From a virus (Duplodnaviria; Caudoviricetes), in the IMG/VR virus record IMGVR_UViG_3300017747_001801, positions 1-34,273 of that record: a stretch of 34,273 nucleotides of DNA; one strand, written 5' to 3'. The first letter of the stretch is position 1. Each line of letters opens with the position of its first letter. A program made the position numbers and the translations under genes. Shown here in pieces: positions 25,302 through 34,273 of this stretch. The notes under the pieces are model-generated. The model was not told the origin of the DNA, did no database searches, and worked only from the letters and a program-made list of their open reading frames with translations.

Positions 25302-25847
25302 ATGCAGGAAACGCAACATGTGACGGGGCTGATTTCCGCGCCGCTGCCGCCTCAGCCTCCGAAGAAGCAGCGGGGCAAGCCGTTTGTGAGCGGCGACCCA
25401 CGCGGCAACACCAAGGGGCGCCTGCCAGGGCAGCACAACGCCTTGACGCGCTCGCTCAAAGAGGCTGTGGAGATCGCCGCCAGGGACTGCCACCCGCAGG
25501 GGCTGGCGGGCTGGCTGGTGGACCGGGCCAATGGCGGCGTGCAGGACCGCGCCATCTTCGCCACGATGGTGTCGAAGGTCATTCCGATTCAGGTCAACCA
25601 GTCGGTGCAAGGCGGGATCAGCATCAGCTTGAACTGGCTTGCGGGCCGCAACATCGGCACAAAAACGGCACACGCCGAGATCGTGGACGCGCAAGTGGTT
25701 GATGCCATTGAGCATTCCCCGCAAAGTCACTGGACTAACAATGCTCAGCCTGATGCACAAGGGATTGCAGGGGCTACGAGCCACGCTGAGGACGTCAGGC
25801 TACCTATCCCTTCGCCGCCTGATTCAAGCGGGCCTGAGGGCCGCTAG
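25302..25847 (+). CDS. terS: Terminase small subunit
   Basis: KPF..G...N.KGR.PG..N..TR.LKEA basic N-terminus, K.IP.Q motif, upstream of terL; start uncertain. Confidence 0.7.
   Translation: MQETQHVTGLISAPLPPQPPKKQRGKPFVSGDPRGNTKGRLPGQHNALTRSLKEAVEIAARDCHPQGLAGWLVDRANGGVQDRAIFATMVSKVIPIQVNQSVQGGISISLNWLAGRNIGTKTAHAEIVDAQVVDAIEHSPQSHWTNNAQPDAQGIAGATSHAEDVRLPIPSPPDSSGPEGR
25656..25747 (+). other. att-like half site embedded in terS
   Basis: GGCACA-AAAAC-GGCACA 25656-25672, CAAGTGGTTGAT 25692-25703, CTGGACT 25730-25736. Confidence 0.5.
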
Positions 25848-25981
25848 GGGCCTTGGCGAGGCATCGGCGGCAGGACGCGACCCCCTACCCGGGTCAAAAC
25901 GCGGAGGGGGGGGGTAGGAGAAGCCGGGGCCCCCCACCTCCCTCTAGCATTTCAAAAAAGACCTTTTGCGAAAACAACAAC

Positions 25982-26185
25982 ATGCAAGACCCCATCAACC
26001 CACCACACTACAAACAGCACCCCAGCGGAGTCGAGTGCATTCAGATCACGGAGCACTTCAGCTTCAACTGTGGCAACGCCATCAAATACATTTGGCGCGC
26101 CGACCTAAAACACAGCGACCCAATCCAAGACCTGCAGAAAGCCAAGTGGTACATCGAGCGTGAGATCGCCAGGCTGAGCAAATGA
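25982..26185 (+). CDS. DUF3310-family protein
   Basis: D.INPPHY....GVECI, F..GNAIKYIWRA..K...QDL.KA.WY..REI. Confidence 0.88.
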   Translation: MQDPINPPHYKQHPSGVECIQITEHFSFNCGNAIKYIWRADLKHSDPIQDLQKAKWYIEREIARLSK

Positions 26186-27519
26186 AACTGCAGGAATACC
26201 AGCCCCGCGACGTCTTTCTGCCGCTGCACAACCGCAGCAAGCGCTGGACTACGGTAGTCGCGCACCGCCGCGCTGGCAAGACCGTGGCGATGTGCGCTGA
26301 CTTGGTGATCGGCGCCCTCGAAACCGCGAGGCCGCGCCCACAGTTCGCATACCTGGCGCCCTTCCGCGAGCAGGCCAAGCGAGTCGCCTGGCAGTATCTG
26401 AAGGAGCTGACAAAGGACTTCCAAGCCAGCCCGCCAAACGAGTCAGAACTCAGAATCGACATCCAAAACGGCCACAAGGACATCAGCCGAATCTATGTGG
26501 CGGGCGCTGATAACCCAGACGCGCTGCGGGGTATGTATTTCGACGGCGTAGTGCTCGACGAAACCGGGCAAATCAGACCCAGCGCGTGGTACAGCGTCTT
26601 AAGACCGGCACTCAGCGACAGAAAAGGCTGGGCAATCTTCGCCGGAACGCCCGCAGGCAAGAACTTCTTTTGGCAGATACGCGAAGAGGCGCGTCTAAAT
26701 CCAGACACGCACCTGCTGCTTGAGCTGCCAGCCAGTAAAACAGGCATTTTGGACGCCGAAGAACTGCGAGACGCGCAGGCGCAGATGACGCCCGAGGCGT
26801 ATGCGACGGAATATGAGATCAGTTTTGACGCCGCGATACCTGGCGCGTACTACGCCAAGCTGATTGGGCAGGCGTATGACGAACAACGAGTCGCCAAATA
26901 CCCAATAGACCAAAGTTTTCCGGTCAATCTAGCCGCAGACTTGGGATATACGGACTCCTGCAGTTGGTGGGGCTGGCAAGAGACGCCGGATGGCTACCGA
27001 ATCGTGGATTTCTACGAAGCCGACGGCCAGCCAATCCAACACTACATCGACTGGATCAAGCAAAGACCGTACAGAGTCGGCACGGTCTTCCTGCCGCACG
27101 ATGCCAAGGCCAAGAGCCTGCAAACGGGCAAGTCGATCATTGAGCAATTCCTGACCAACGGCATTCGCCCGCAGATCACGACCGAATTGAGCCTGCAAGA
27201 TGGCATCGAGGCGGCCAGGCTCATTCTGCCCAAGTGCTACTTTGATGAAGACGCGACCTACGAGGGCGTTGAGCACCTGCGGGCGTACATGCGCGAATGG
27301 GATGAGAAGACGCAGACGTTCCGCAACAAGCCCAAGCACGATCAACACTCACATGGATCGGATGCTTTTCGCTATTTAGCCCTGAGCGTGCGCCCACTGG
27401 TGGCAAAACGACAACATGTGGCTAAAATGGCTCCAAACGCGCCAGAGGGAGCGCATTACGCGTTCACGATGGACCAGCTTTGGGACACTGCCGTGCGTCC
27501 TAGTCAAAGGATTGGGTAA
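26182..27519 (+). CDS. terL: Terminase large subunit
   Basis: Walker A HRRAGKT, GADNPD.LRG, Walker B VVLDE, GTP.G.N, nuclease DLG..D, PHDA, H..DAFRY. Confidence 0.95.
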   Translation: MKLQEYQPRDVFLPLHNRSKRWTTVVAHRRAGKTVAMCADLVIGALETARPRPQFAYLAPFREQAKRVAWQYLKELTKDFQASPPNESELRIDIQNGHKDISRIYVAGADNPDALRGMYFDGVVLDETGQIRPSAWYSVLRPALSDRKGWAIFAGTPAGKNFFWQIREEARLNPDTHLLLELPASKTGILDAEELRDAQAQMTPEAYATEYEISFDAAIPGAYYAKLIGQAYDEQRVAKYPIDQSFPVNLAADLGYTDSCSWWGWQETPDGYRIVDFYEADGQPIQHYIDWIKQRPYRVGTVFLPHDAKAKSLQTGKSIIEQFLTNGIRPQITTELSLQDGIEAARLILPKCYFDEDATYEGVEHLRAYMREWDEKTQTFRNKPKHDQHSHGSDAFRYLALSVRPLVAKRQHVAKMAPNAPEGAHYAFTMDQLWDTAVRPSQRIG

Positions 27520-29729
27520 TGGAAGACGTCAACAAGATTGAGCGTGATGACCAGTTTGGCAGCACGCCGCAGGGTTTGGCGCAGCGTTGGGGCACGGAGA
27601 TTGAGGCTGCTGGCAAGGAGCTTAAGAAGTTCCATGACGATGCCGAGCGGATTCTGAAGCGGTATTTGGACAAGCGTGAGGACTGGGGGCGCGATGAGAG
27701 TCGCGTCAACCTGTTCTGGAGCACGATGAAGGTGCTGCTGTCCATGCTGTATGCGCGGCCCCCGAAGGCGGATGTGAGCAGGTCATTCCAAGACTTTGAG
27801 GATGACCAGGCGCGTGTGGCTGGGACCATGCTGCAGCGCATGTTGAACAAGGGCTTTGATGAGGACATCAGCGCTTGGGATACCGCTGTTCGTAACGGCA
27901 TTGAAGACTGGCTGGTGATTGGTCTGGGCCAGATTTGGATGCGTTACGAGGTCGAGATCGAAGAGGAGGAGGTTCCTGCGGTCTTTGATGAGATGGGCAA
28001 CGAGATTGCCCCCATGCAGATGGTTGAGCGCATCAAGGAAGAGGATGCGTGCGTTGACTATGTGCATTGGAAGGACTTTTTCTACAGTCCTGCTCGCACA
28101 TGGACTGAAGTGCGTTGGGTAGCCCGGCGCGTCTACATGACCAAGGACCAGCTAGAGGAGCGCTTTGGCGAAGAGATCGCCAAGGTTGTGCCTCTGCAAA
28201 AGCCTGCGTCCAAGACTGACGATAAGCAGCAGCCGCAGCACGACCCGTGGGCCAAGGCTGAGGTGTACGAAATCTGGTGCAAGGAGCACGAAAAGGTTTA
28301 CTGGTACTCGCCGGGTACTGAGGTCATCTTGGACGTCAAGGATGACCCGCTGGACTTGGAAAACTTCTTTCCGTGTCCCAAGCCCATTGCTGCGAACACC
28401 ACAACCAGCAATTTTGTCCCGCGTGCGGACTACATCTTTGCGCAGGATCAGTTCAACGAGCTGGATGAGATCAACACCCGTATCACCTGGCTCACGCGTG
28501 CGGCCAAGGTGGTGGGCGTGTATGACAAGAGCGCTGATGGTATCCAGCGCATGTTCCAGCAGGCGGCTGAGAACCAGTTGATCCCTGTGGATAACTGGGC
28601 GATGTTTGCTGAGTCTGGCGGCATCAAGGGCAAGGTTGACTGGGTGCCGATTGATCAGGTGGTGAATGCCATCAATCAGTTGCGCGTGTATCGCGGCGAC
28701 AAGACGCAGCAGATTTACGAGGTGCTGGGCATCTCGGACATCATGCGTGGCAGCACCAATGCCAACGAGACGGCGGCGGCTCAGCAGATCAAGGCGCAGT
28801 TTGGTTCTACGCGCATTCAGTTGATGCAGTTCTACATTGCTGAGTGGATCAGCGAGGCTTTGCGGATCAAGGCCGAGATCATCTGCAAGCACTTTCAGCC
28901 TGAGACGATCATTGAGCGCTCAAACGTCCTGCGCACGCCGGATGCGCCGTTTGCGCAGGCTGCGATTGCGTTGCTGAAGGATGAGCACGTTTCTCAGTAC
29001 CGCATCAAGGTCGAGGCTGACTCGATGGCCGCGATGGATTGGGCGGCTGAGCGTGACGCGGCTGTGCAGTTTATGAATGGCCTGGGCGCGTTCATTTCTC
29101 AGGTCGCACCGATGGCTCAGCAGGTGCCAGAGGCTGGGCCGTACCTGATGCGCATGATGCAGTGGGCGGTAAGCAAGTTCCGTGTGTCCACGCAGATTGA
29201 GTCGATCTTGGATCAAGCTGTTGCTGGCATGCAACAGAAGCTGCAGACGCCGCCTGCACCGCCTCAGCCTGATCCTGACACGGTGATCAAGGCGCAGATT
29301 GAGCAGGCCAAGATTCAGAGTGCAGAGAAGATTGCGATGATGGAAGCGCAGTCTGATCAGCAGATTGCGAGCCTGAAGGCCAGCGTGGAGCTGCAGAAGA
29401 TCGAGATGAAGGCCGCGCTTGATGGCGTGACTCAGCAGTACCAGCAGATCATGCAGGCCATGAACACAACGGGGCAGATGGCGCCGCAGTTGGAGCAGTT
29501 GGCGGGTGCTGTGGCTCAGTTGGCGCAGGGGTCTGCGCAGAGTAACGAGATGTCTGCAATGCAGATGCAGACGTTGATGGACAAGCTCAGTCGCAAGACC
29601 AAGCGAGTCCCAATCAGGGATGAAAACGGCGACATCGTTGAAGTTCGGGAAGTCGAGGATGACACACCGGACGGGATGGCGATGCTGCCGCAACCTCAAG
29701 GGGCGATGAATGCCGGATTTGTCGGGTGA
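27519..29729 (+). CDS. Portal protein
   Basis: 736 aa directly after terL (TAATG); ETA.AQQIK motif and long Gln-rich C-terminal barrel of podovirus portals. Confidence 0.85.
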   Translation: MEDVNKIERDDQFGSTPQGLAQRWGTEIEAAGKELKKFHDDAERILKRYLDKREDWGRDESRVNLFWSTMKVLLSMLYARPPKADVSRSFQDFEDDQARVAGTMLQRMLNKGFDEDISAWDTAVRNGIEDWLVIGLGQIWMRYEVEIEEEEVPAVFDEMGNEIAPMQMVERIKEEDACVDYVHWKDFFYSPARTWTEVRWVARRVYMTKDQLEERFGEEIAKVVPLQKPASKTDDKQQPQHDPWAKAEVYEIWCKEHEKVYWYSPGTEVILDVKDDPLDLENFFPCPKPIAANTTTSNFVPRADYIFAQDQFNELDEINTRITWLTRAAKVVGVYDKSADGIQRMFQQAAENQLIPVDNWAMFAESGGIKGKVDWVPIDQVVNAINQLRVYRGDKTQQIYEVLGISDIMRGSTNANETAAAQQIKAQFGSTRIQLMQFYIAEWISEALRIKAEIICKHFQPETIIERSNVLRTPDAPFAQAAIALLKDEHVSQYRIKVEADSMAAMDWAAERDAAVQFMNGLGAFISQVAPMAQQVPEAGPYLMRMMQWAVSKFRVSTQIESILDQAVAGMQQKLQTPPAPPQPDPDTVIKAQIEQAKIQSAEKIAMMEAQSDQQIASLKASVELQKIEMKAALDGVTQQYQQIMQAMNTTGQMAPQLEQLAGAVAQLAQGSAQSNEMSAMQMQTLMDKLSRKTKRVPIRDENGDIVEVREVEDDTPDGMAMLPQPQGAMNAGFVG

Positions 29730-29883
29730 TGTGGGTGAGTTGAGCTTCAAGGTTCAGATCACACGCGCTGAGACAGGGAAAGTCGAAGAGTTCACGCTCG
29801 TCGGCAAGATTACTGAAGCACAACTGAAGGAGTTGACCGATGGCGGTGACGCACTCGACGGCAGCACGGAACGCTGCAACTGA
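29710..29883 (+). CDS. 57-aa hypothetical protein (MPDLSGDVGELSFKVQITRAETGKVEEF...), not in the ORF track
   Basis: Fills the gap between portal and the next gene with short overlaps; protein-like composition. Confidence 0.55.
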   Translation: MPDLSGDVGELSFKVQITRAETGKVEEFTLVGKITEAQLKELTDGGDALDGSTERCN

Positions 29884-30229
29884 CGCTGTAACGGCGTTGA
29901 TTGGCACCAGCGGGCGGTTGGTGTTTCGCCTGTCCGGCACGGTCGGCTCGCCTGGCACGGCGGTGGCTACGTTGTTGCTGAGCGCCACTGCGTTTGCTGC
30001 CGCGTCTACCGGCACGGCCACGGCCAACGCGATTACCAGCGACACCAACGCTGCGGGTAACGCTTCGCCTGTGGCGACTGCAACCCTGCAGACGTCTGGC
30101 GGCACGGTGGTCATTCACTGCGCGGTAGCGGCGTCTGGCTCCGACATCAACATGACCAACGGCCTGACGGTGGCAGCGGGTGACACCGTGAGCTGCAGCT
30201 CGCTGACCTATACGGCGCTAAGCGCGTGA
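29840..30229 (+). CDS. Ala/Thr-rich putative virion accessory protein
   Basis: AAGGAG RBS; S.AARNA..DA start; beta-rich, 129 aa. Confidence 0.65.
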   Translation: MAVTHSTAARNAATDAVTALIGTSGRLVFRLSGTVGSPGTAVATLLLSATAFAAASTGTATANAITSDTNAAGNASPVATATLQTSGGTVVIHCAVAASGSDINMTNGLTVAAGDTVSCSSLTYTALSA

Positions 30230-30432
30230 GCCTGACCATCGGCCCGAGCGACATTGGCACGCGGCGCACGGACGCCGATGTGGTCGATGGCGTTGTGCAG
30301 TTCGCTGCCGTGGTCGATACGGGCAACGGCCAAGGGTACGTGCAGGTCCACACCGACTGGCAGACACCGGCAACGCTGCGCGACTACGCGGCACGGATCA
30401 ACGCAGCCGCTGACTGGCTGGAGGCAAACTAA
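30226..30432 (+). CDS. Hypothetical protein
   Basis: 68 aa, coupled to both neighbours. Confidence 0.55.
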   Translation: MSLTIGPSDIGTRRTDADVVDGVVQFAAVVDTGNGQGYVQVHTDWQTPATLRDYAARINAAADWLEAN

Positions 30433-31229
30433 TGGCAATCACCACACTCGACGGGCTCATTGCTGCTGCCAAGCAGCGGGTGCCGATCAAGAAGACCACC
30501 ACACGTACCACGGTAGCAAACGGCTGGTTCAGCCTGTTCGACATCGCGGGCGTTCCTGGCGCGGGCACGCTCGCGGGCACCAGCACCACCACGGGTGTCG
30601 TTCCTGATGACACCACGGCGGGCGTGCCCCTGCTCAATGCCTTCGGAGGCGGCAACTTTGGCTACCTGCAGAACGTCGAGTTCGCCTCGACGGTGGCCTG
30701 CCGCCTGATGATTTACGACCTGCTGTGGAAGGGCGGGGCGTATGCCTTCAACGCCAGCACCACCGGGCAGACGCCAGCGAGCTACAGCGCCCGCGTGCCT
30801 GGCGGCACCGATTTCACCAACACCGAGATTTGGGTCGAGCAGGTGACGGCGGCCACCGGCAACCAGGCCGTAAACGTCACCTACACCAACCAGTCAGGCA
30901 CCACGGGCAGGTCCACGGGTGCGGTGGGTATCGGTGCGGCGCCCACCGTGGGCCGGATGTGGCAGCTTCCGCTGGCGGCTGGTGACACGGGTGTGCAGGG
31001 CGTCACGGGCGTGGCGGGCACGGTGGCGACAGTTGGCACCTTCAACGTGCTGGTGATCCGCCCGCTGTGGTCAGGCCGGGTGATTGCGGCCAACTTTGGT
31101 GACCTGCACGACTACATGCGGGTGGGCCTGCCGCGCATGTTCGACACCTCGGCGCTGGCGGTGTGTGTCAACGCTGACGGCACATCGAGCGGCCTGCCTG
31201 AGCTGATGCTGACCATCGCCAACGGGTAA
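30432..31229 (+). CDS. Putative virion accessory protein
   Basis: GGAGG RBS; Thr/Gly-rich; YTNQSG..GR and LPLAAGD.GV motifs. Confidence 0.65.
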   Translation: MAITTLDGLIAAAKQRVPIKKTTTRTTVANGWFSLFDIAGVPGAGTLAGTSTTTGVVPDDTTAGVPLLNAFGGGNFGYLQNVEFASTVACRLMIYDLLWKGGAYAFNASTTGQTPASYSARVPGGTDFTNTEIWVEQVTAATGNQAVNVTYTNQSGTTGRSTGAVGIGAAPTVGRMWQLPLAAGDTGVQGVTGVAGTVATVGTFNVLVIRPLWSGRVIAANFGDLHDYMRVGLPRMFDTSALAVCVNADGTSSGLPELMLTIANG

Positions 31230-31232
31230 GTT

Positions 31233-32273
31233 ATGGCCGCGCCCAACCTCGGCCAAGGCATTGACCGGGGCAACTACCGGCGCCGCAACGGCATCACGCC
31301 GCCTGCGGTGCAGGGCAAGGCTGCGGGCGCGGTAGCCGAGACAGTCTTCTTCGGCGCCGCCACCGGGCCTGTCACGCACGCCACGACGGGCGCGCTGACG
31401 GGCCAGATCGGCTCGATTGTTGGTTCGGCGGCCAGGGTCGGCGGCGCAGTCACCCATGCCACCACCGGCGCGCTGACCGGCCCAAGCTCAACGGTTGCCG
31501 GGTCATCGGCACGGCTACGAGCTTTTGCCACTAGCGGCACGCTGACGGGTCAACTTGGCAGCGTTGCGGGTGCTGCGTCCAACTTCACGCCACACGCCAC
31601 CAGCGGCGTACTGGCTGGGCCTGGCGCATCCATCGCAGGCGCGTCTACCAACTTCCGTGCGTTTGCAACGTCTGGAGCACTGACAGGGCAAGGCTCTGCG
31701 GTCACTGGTTCGGCGCTTTACTCGCGCAAGCACACCACAGATGGTGTGTTGTCTGGAAGCAACGCCATCATTGTTGGCAGCGCGGATGTGCAGCCGTTCT
31801 CCGCACCTGTCCACGATACGTCGGGCGCGTTGGAGGGCAGTGGCGCGGTAATAGTTGGCGAAGCCGACCCGGTAGTGCCGCCGCAGTTTGTGCTGCAGGT
31901 TGGCGAAGGCATGATGGGCTTTCGCCAGCGCAAGAAAGAGCGCGAAGACCGCGAAGAGCTGCGCAAGATCATCGAGCGCACCGTTAACCCGATTCAGGCT
32001 CCAGCGGCCAAGGTTGTCACGGTCAAGGATAAGATCACCGTCATCCCCGAAGGCGGCGACAGCGTTTCGTTCCCGATTCCGCCGTCATTTGACCCGCGCA
32101 ACGTGGCGCGGATGGTGGTGCGGCATCTGGAGCGTATGGGCGTCGAGGCGCAGCGCACGCGCCAGGCGCAAGCCCGTGCTCAGGCTCGGATTGTCATCGA
32201 GCGCATTCGGGTGGAAAATGAGCATCGGTTGCGAAAACGCCGACGCGATGAGGAAATCCTCTTGTTGATGTGA
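31233..32273 (+). CDS. Repeat-containing putative fibre / decoration protein
   Basis: Seven approx. 23-27-aa repeats [HF]ATSG.L.G....I.G; charged C-terminal domain ending RRRDEEILLLM. Confidence 0.65.
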   Translation: MAAPNLGQGIDRGNYRRRNGITPPAVQGKAAGAVAETVFFGAATGPVTHATTGALTGQIGSIVGSAARVGGAVTHATTGALTGPSSTVAGSSARLRAFATSGTLTGQLGSVAGAASNFTPHATSGVLAGPGASIAGASTNFRAFATSGALTGQGSAVTGSALYSRKHTTDGVLSGSNAIIVGSADVQPFSAPVHDTSGALEGSGAVIVGEADPVVPPQFVLQVGEGMMGFRQRKKEREDREELRKIIERTVNPIQAPAAKVVTVKDKITVIPEGGDSVSFPIPPSFDPRNVARMVVRHLERMGVEAQRTRQAQARAQARIVIERIRVENEHRLRKRRRDEEILLLM

Positions 32274-32281
32274 GGCACTGA

Positions 32282-33838
32282 ATGAGCCTGTTCAATGTGG
32301 TCAATGACCAAGCGCAATTCGACGCGGCGTCCAACGTCAGCAGCGACGTCCACGGGGCCGGGATCAGGTTCACGCAGGCCGGTGCAGCTCGCGTGACGAC
32401 CAGCGCCGGGACGTTCTTCAACCAGGGCATCCCGATGTCTGACAGCGGCCAGGTGGCCATCGTGGACGCCACGGCGGGCCTGCCTTCTGACACGGTGTAT
32501 CTGAACGGGTTGCCGATCAGCGCCAACAGGGTCTGCGTGAGCCGCAATGCACGCTCAGTTGTCTCCAACGGCCTGCCGTTCGACAGCAACGGCGCCATCG
32601 CGGGCGCGATCAACTTTGATCTGAACTTCATCGGCACCGACACGCTCGACCCGCAGGTGACGTTCACCCGTGCGTCCACTGGCACGTTCTTCAACTCGGC
32701 TGGTGTGCTGACCAGCGCAGCGACCAACGCCCCACGGTTCGACTACAACCCTTCGACCCTGGTAGCTCAGGGCTTGTTGATTGAGGAGAGTCGGGCAAAC
32801 CTAGTGACGTATTCAGAGCAGTTTGATAACGCGGCGTGGACCAAAACAAACAGCAGCATTACTGCTAATGCAGCCACCGCGCCTAGCGGAACAGTTACCG
32901 CTGATAAGTTGATCGAAGCACTTGATGTCAATTTGGTCCACCAAACAACACAGAGCGTCACGGTTGTTAGTTTGGGGACCTACACGGCTTCTTGCTATGT
33001 AAAAGCTGATACAAGAACAAGAGTAAGAATTGGTTTTCTTGTTGGCGGAACCAGTGGCGTCGTTGCTGATGCTAATTTGACTGCCGGAACAATAACCGCT
33101 GCCTCTGCATTTGGTGGAGGTTCCGCAGTAGGATCTTCTATTCAGGCTATAAATAACGGGTGGTATCGGATCACGGTTAGCGGTACAGGTGCTGCCGGGA
33201 CTTCAGGCGAATGTCGTCTTGAACTGCTTGATGCATCCGGGAATCGTCAGTACAACGGAGACGGCACCTCTGGCCTGTTCCTCTGGGGCGCTCAGACGGA
33301 AGCCGGAGCCTTCCCCACCAGCTACATCCCCACCACCACCACCGCGCTGACCCGTGCAGAAGATAGGGCGTCTATCAACACGATGAGTCCTTGGTACAAC
33401 GCGAGTGCCTCGACTATTTACGCGGAACACTTCAGGCCACTGCCGACACCTGCGGGAACTTTCCCGCGTGCTGTTGATTTTGTAAGCACCGCGACATCAG
33501 ACAAACTCGGTATTAACCAGCTTGATAACAGGCCGACAGTTTCTTCACAGAATTTGTATCCTTCTGGACTGTCGTGGCCGTTTACTTCCGTTGCCGCTGA
33601 CGCGAACAATGTCATTAAGCATGCAATAGCAGCAACTGTTGGTTCCGGTAGGTACGCAGTCAACGGCACTCTTGGGGGCTCGGATTACGCAATTGCATCA
33701 ATCCCCGCTCTTGACCAAGTAGTGATCGGTTCCGGCAAAGGGTTTCTGTTCAACTCAACTTTGAACGGTTGGGTCCGCCGCATCACCTACTACCCCCGCC
33801 GCCTGAGCAATGCCGAGTTGCAGGCCATCACCGCTTAA
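32282..33838 (+). CDS. Fibre / spike protein with carbohydrate-binding and ConA-like domains
   Basis: TFTRAS.GT, PRFDY.P, GLLIEESR.N, GWYR..., WGAQ.E.GAFPTSYIPT, YYP.RLSNAELQA motifs; GAGG RBS. Confidence 0.75.
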   Translation: MSLFNVVNDQAQFDAASNVSSDVHGAGIRFTQAGAARVTTSAGTFFNQGIPMSDSGQVAIVDATAGLPSDTVYLNGLPISANRVCVSRNARSVVSNGLPFDSNGAIAGAINFDLNFIGTDTLDPQVTFTRASTGTFFNSAGVLTSAATNAPRFDYNPSTLVAQGLLIEESRANLVTYSEQFDNAAWTKTNSSITANAATAPSGTVTADKLIEALDVNLVHQTTQSVTVVSLGTYTASCYVKADTRTRVRIGFLVGGTSGVVADANLTAGTITAASAFGGGSAVGSSIQAINNGWYRITVSGTGAAGTSGECRLELLDASGNRQYNGDGTSGLFLWGAQTEAGAFPTSYIPTTTTALTRAEDRASINTMSPWYNASASTIYAEHFRPLPTPAGTFPRAVDFVSTATSDKLGINQLDNRPTVSSQNLYPSGLSWPFTSVAADANNVIKHAIAATVGSGRYAVNGTLGGSDYAIASIPALDQVVIGSGKGFLFNSTLNGWVRRITYYPRRLSNAELQAITA

Positions 33839-33847
33839 GGAGCACCT

Positions 33848-34159
33848 ATGTACACCGATTACTTCCTGAAATTCGCTGACGAAGCCGAGGCCAACGCGGC
33901 GCTGTTCGCCGAGCAGACCAACGTGCAAGGCGATGTGGTCGAGACGGTCTTGGTGCCCAAGTACGCGGCGGTGGATGTCATCGGCGTGATCTACAAGGCC
34001 ACGGGCAACGTGCTGCCTGCTGAGGACGGCAGCGGCGAAGCGGTGGATGAGATGGCTCCGATTGATGGCTGGCACGCCAATGTGCGCCACACCGAAGAGG
34101 CTCCTGAATTGGAGGCTTTCCGCGTGTTTCCGGCAACGCCTAGCAGGGCTTGGGCCTAA
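33848..34159 (+). CDS. Small acidic protein accompanying the fibre gene
   Basis: TAAGGAG RBS; D.IG.IY..TG, GWHANVR, P.TP.R.W motifs. Confidence 0.7.
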   Translation: MYTDYFLKFADEAEANAALFAEQTNVQGDVVETVLVPKYAAVDVIGVIYKATGNVLPAEDGSGEAVDEMAPIDGWHANVRHTEEAPELEAFRVFPATPSRAWA

Positions 34160-34162
34160 ATC

Positions 34163-34273
34163 ATGCCAAGCAAGTCACCCGAGCAAGCGCGGATGATGGC
34201 CGCTGCTGCGCACGATCCTGAGTTTGCCAAGAAGGTTGGCGTGCCTGTCAAGGTCGCTAAAGAGTACAACCAA
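34163..34273 (+). CDS. Conserved small phage protein, 3'-truncated (MPSKSPEQARMMAAAAHDPEFAKKVGVP...)
   Basis: Open from ATG 34163 to the window end. Confidence 0.65.
   Translation, partial: MPSKSPEQARMMAAAAHDPEFAKKVGVPVKVAKEYNQ

Noticed and set aside
25002-25784. 260-aa minus-strand ORF
   Set aside because: Mostly antisense to terS; only the last 63 codons, from ATG 25193 with a GGAG RBS, look like a real gene

Overview
About 34 kb of a temperate, short-tailed (podovirus-like) dsDNA phage genome or prophage, GC-rich, host possibly betaproteobacterial (inference only). Order: end of the head module, head-tail adaptor and nozzle, ejection proteins, tail fibre, lysis (1-12873); attachment region with a DNA methyltransferase (12874-14385); leftward early region with tyrosine integrase, RuvC-like resolvase, PD-(D/E)XK nuclease, DUF669 SSB, Sak4-like ATPase and small ORFs (14389-21037); CI/Cro switch; primase-helicase and iteron origin; a leftward micro-ORF operon; terS, terL, portal and accessory virion proteins. 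No major capsid or scaffold gene is visible; it probably lies just beyond the window ends. Most notable: TWO complete attP-like sites (arm repeats, IHF-like sites and an identical 39-bp core matching the 5' half of tRNA-Ser(GGA)) in direct repeat bracket a 1331-bp methyltransferase cassette, and a THIRD partial copy of the same architecture is embedded in the terS gene. Also seen: a 73-nt cloverleaf RNA-like element with anti-Shine-Dalgarno sequences, an ejection protein with matched 6:6 repeat expansions, and a recurring TGMG-N5-CKCA operator. All product calls come from motif recognition and synteny by eye, not database searches.
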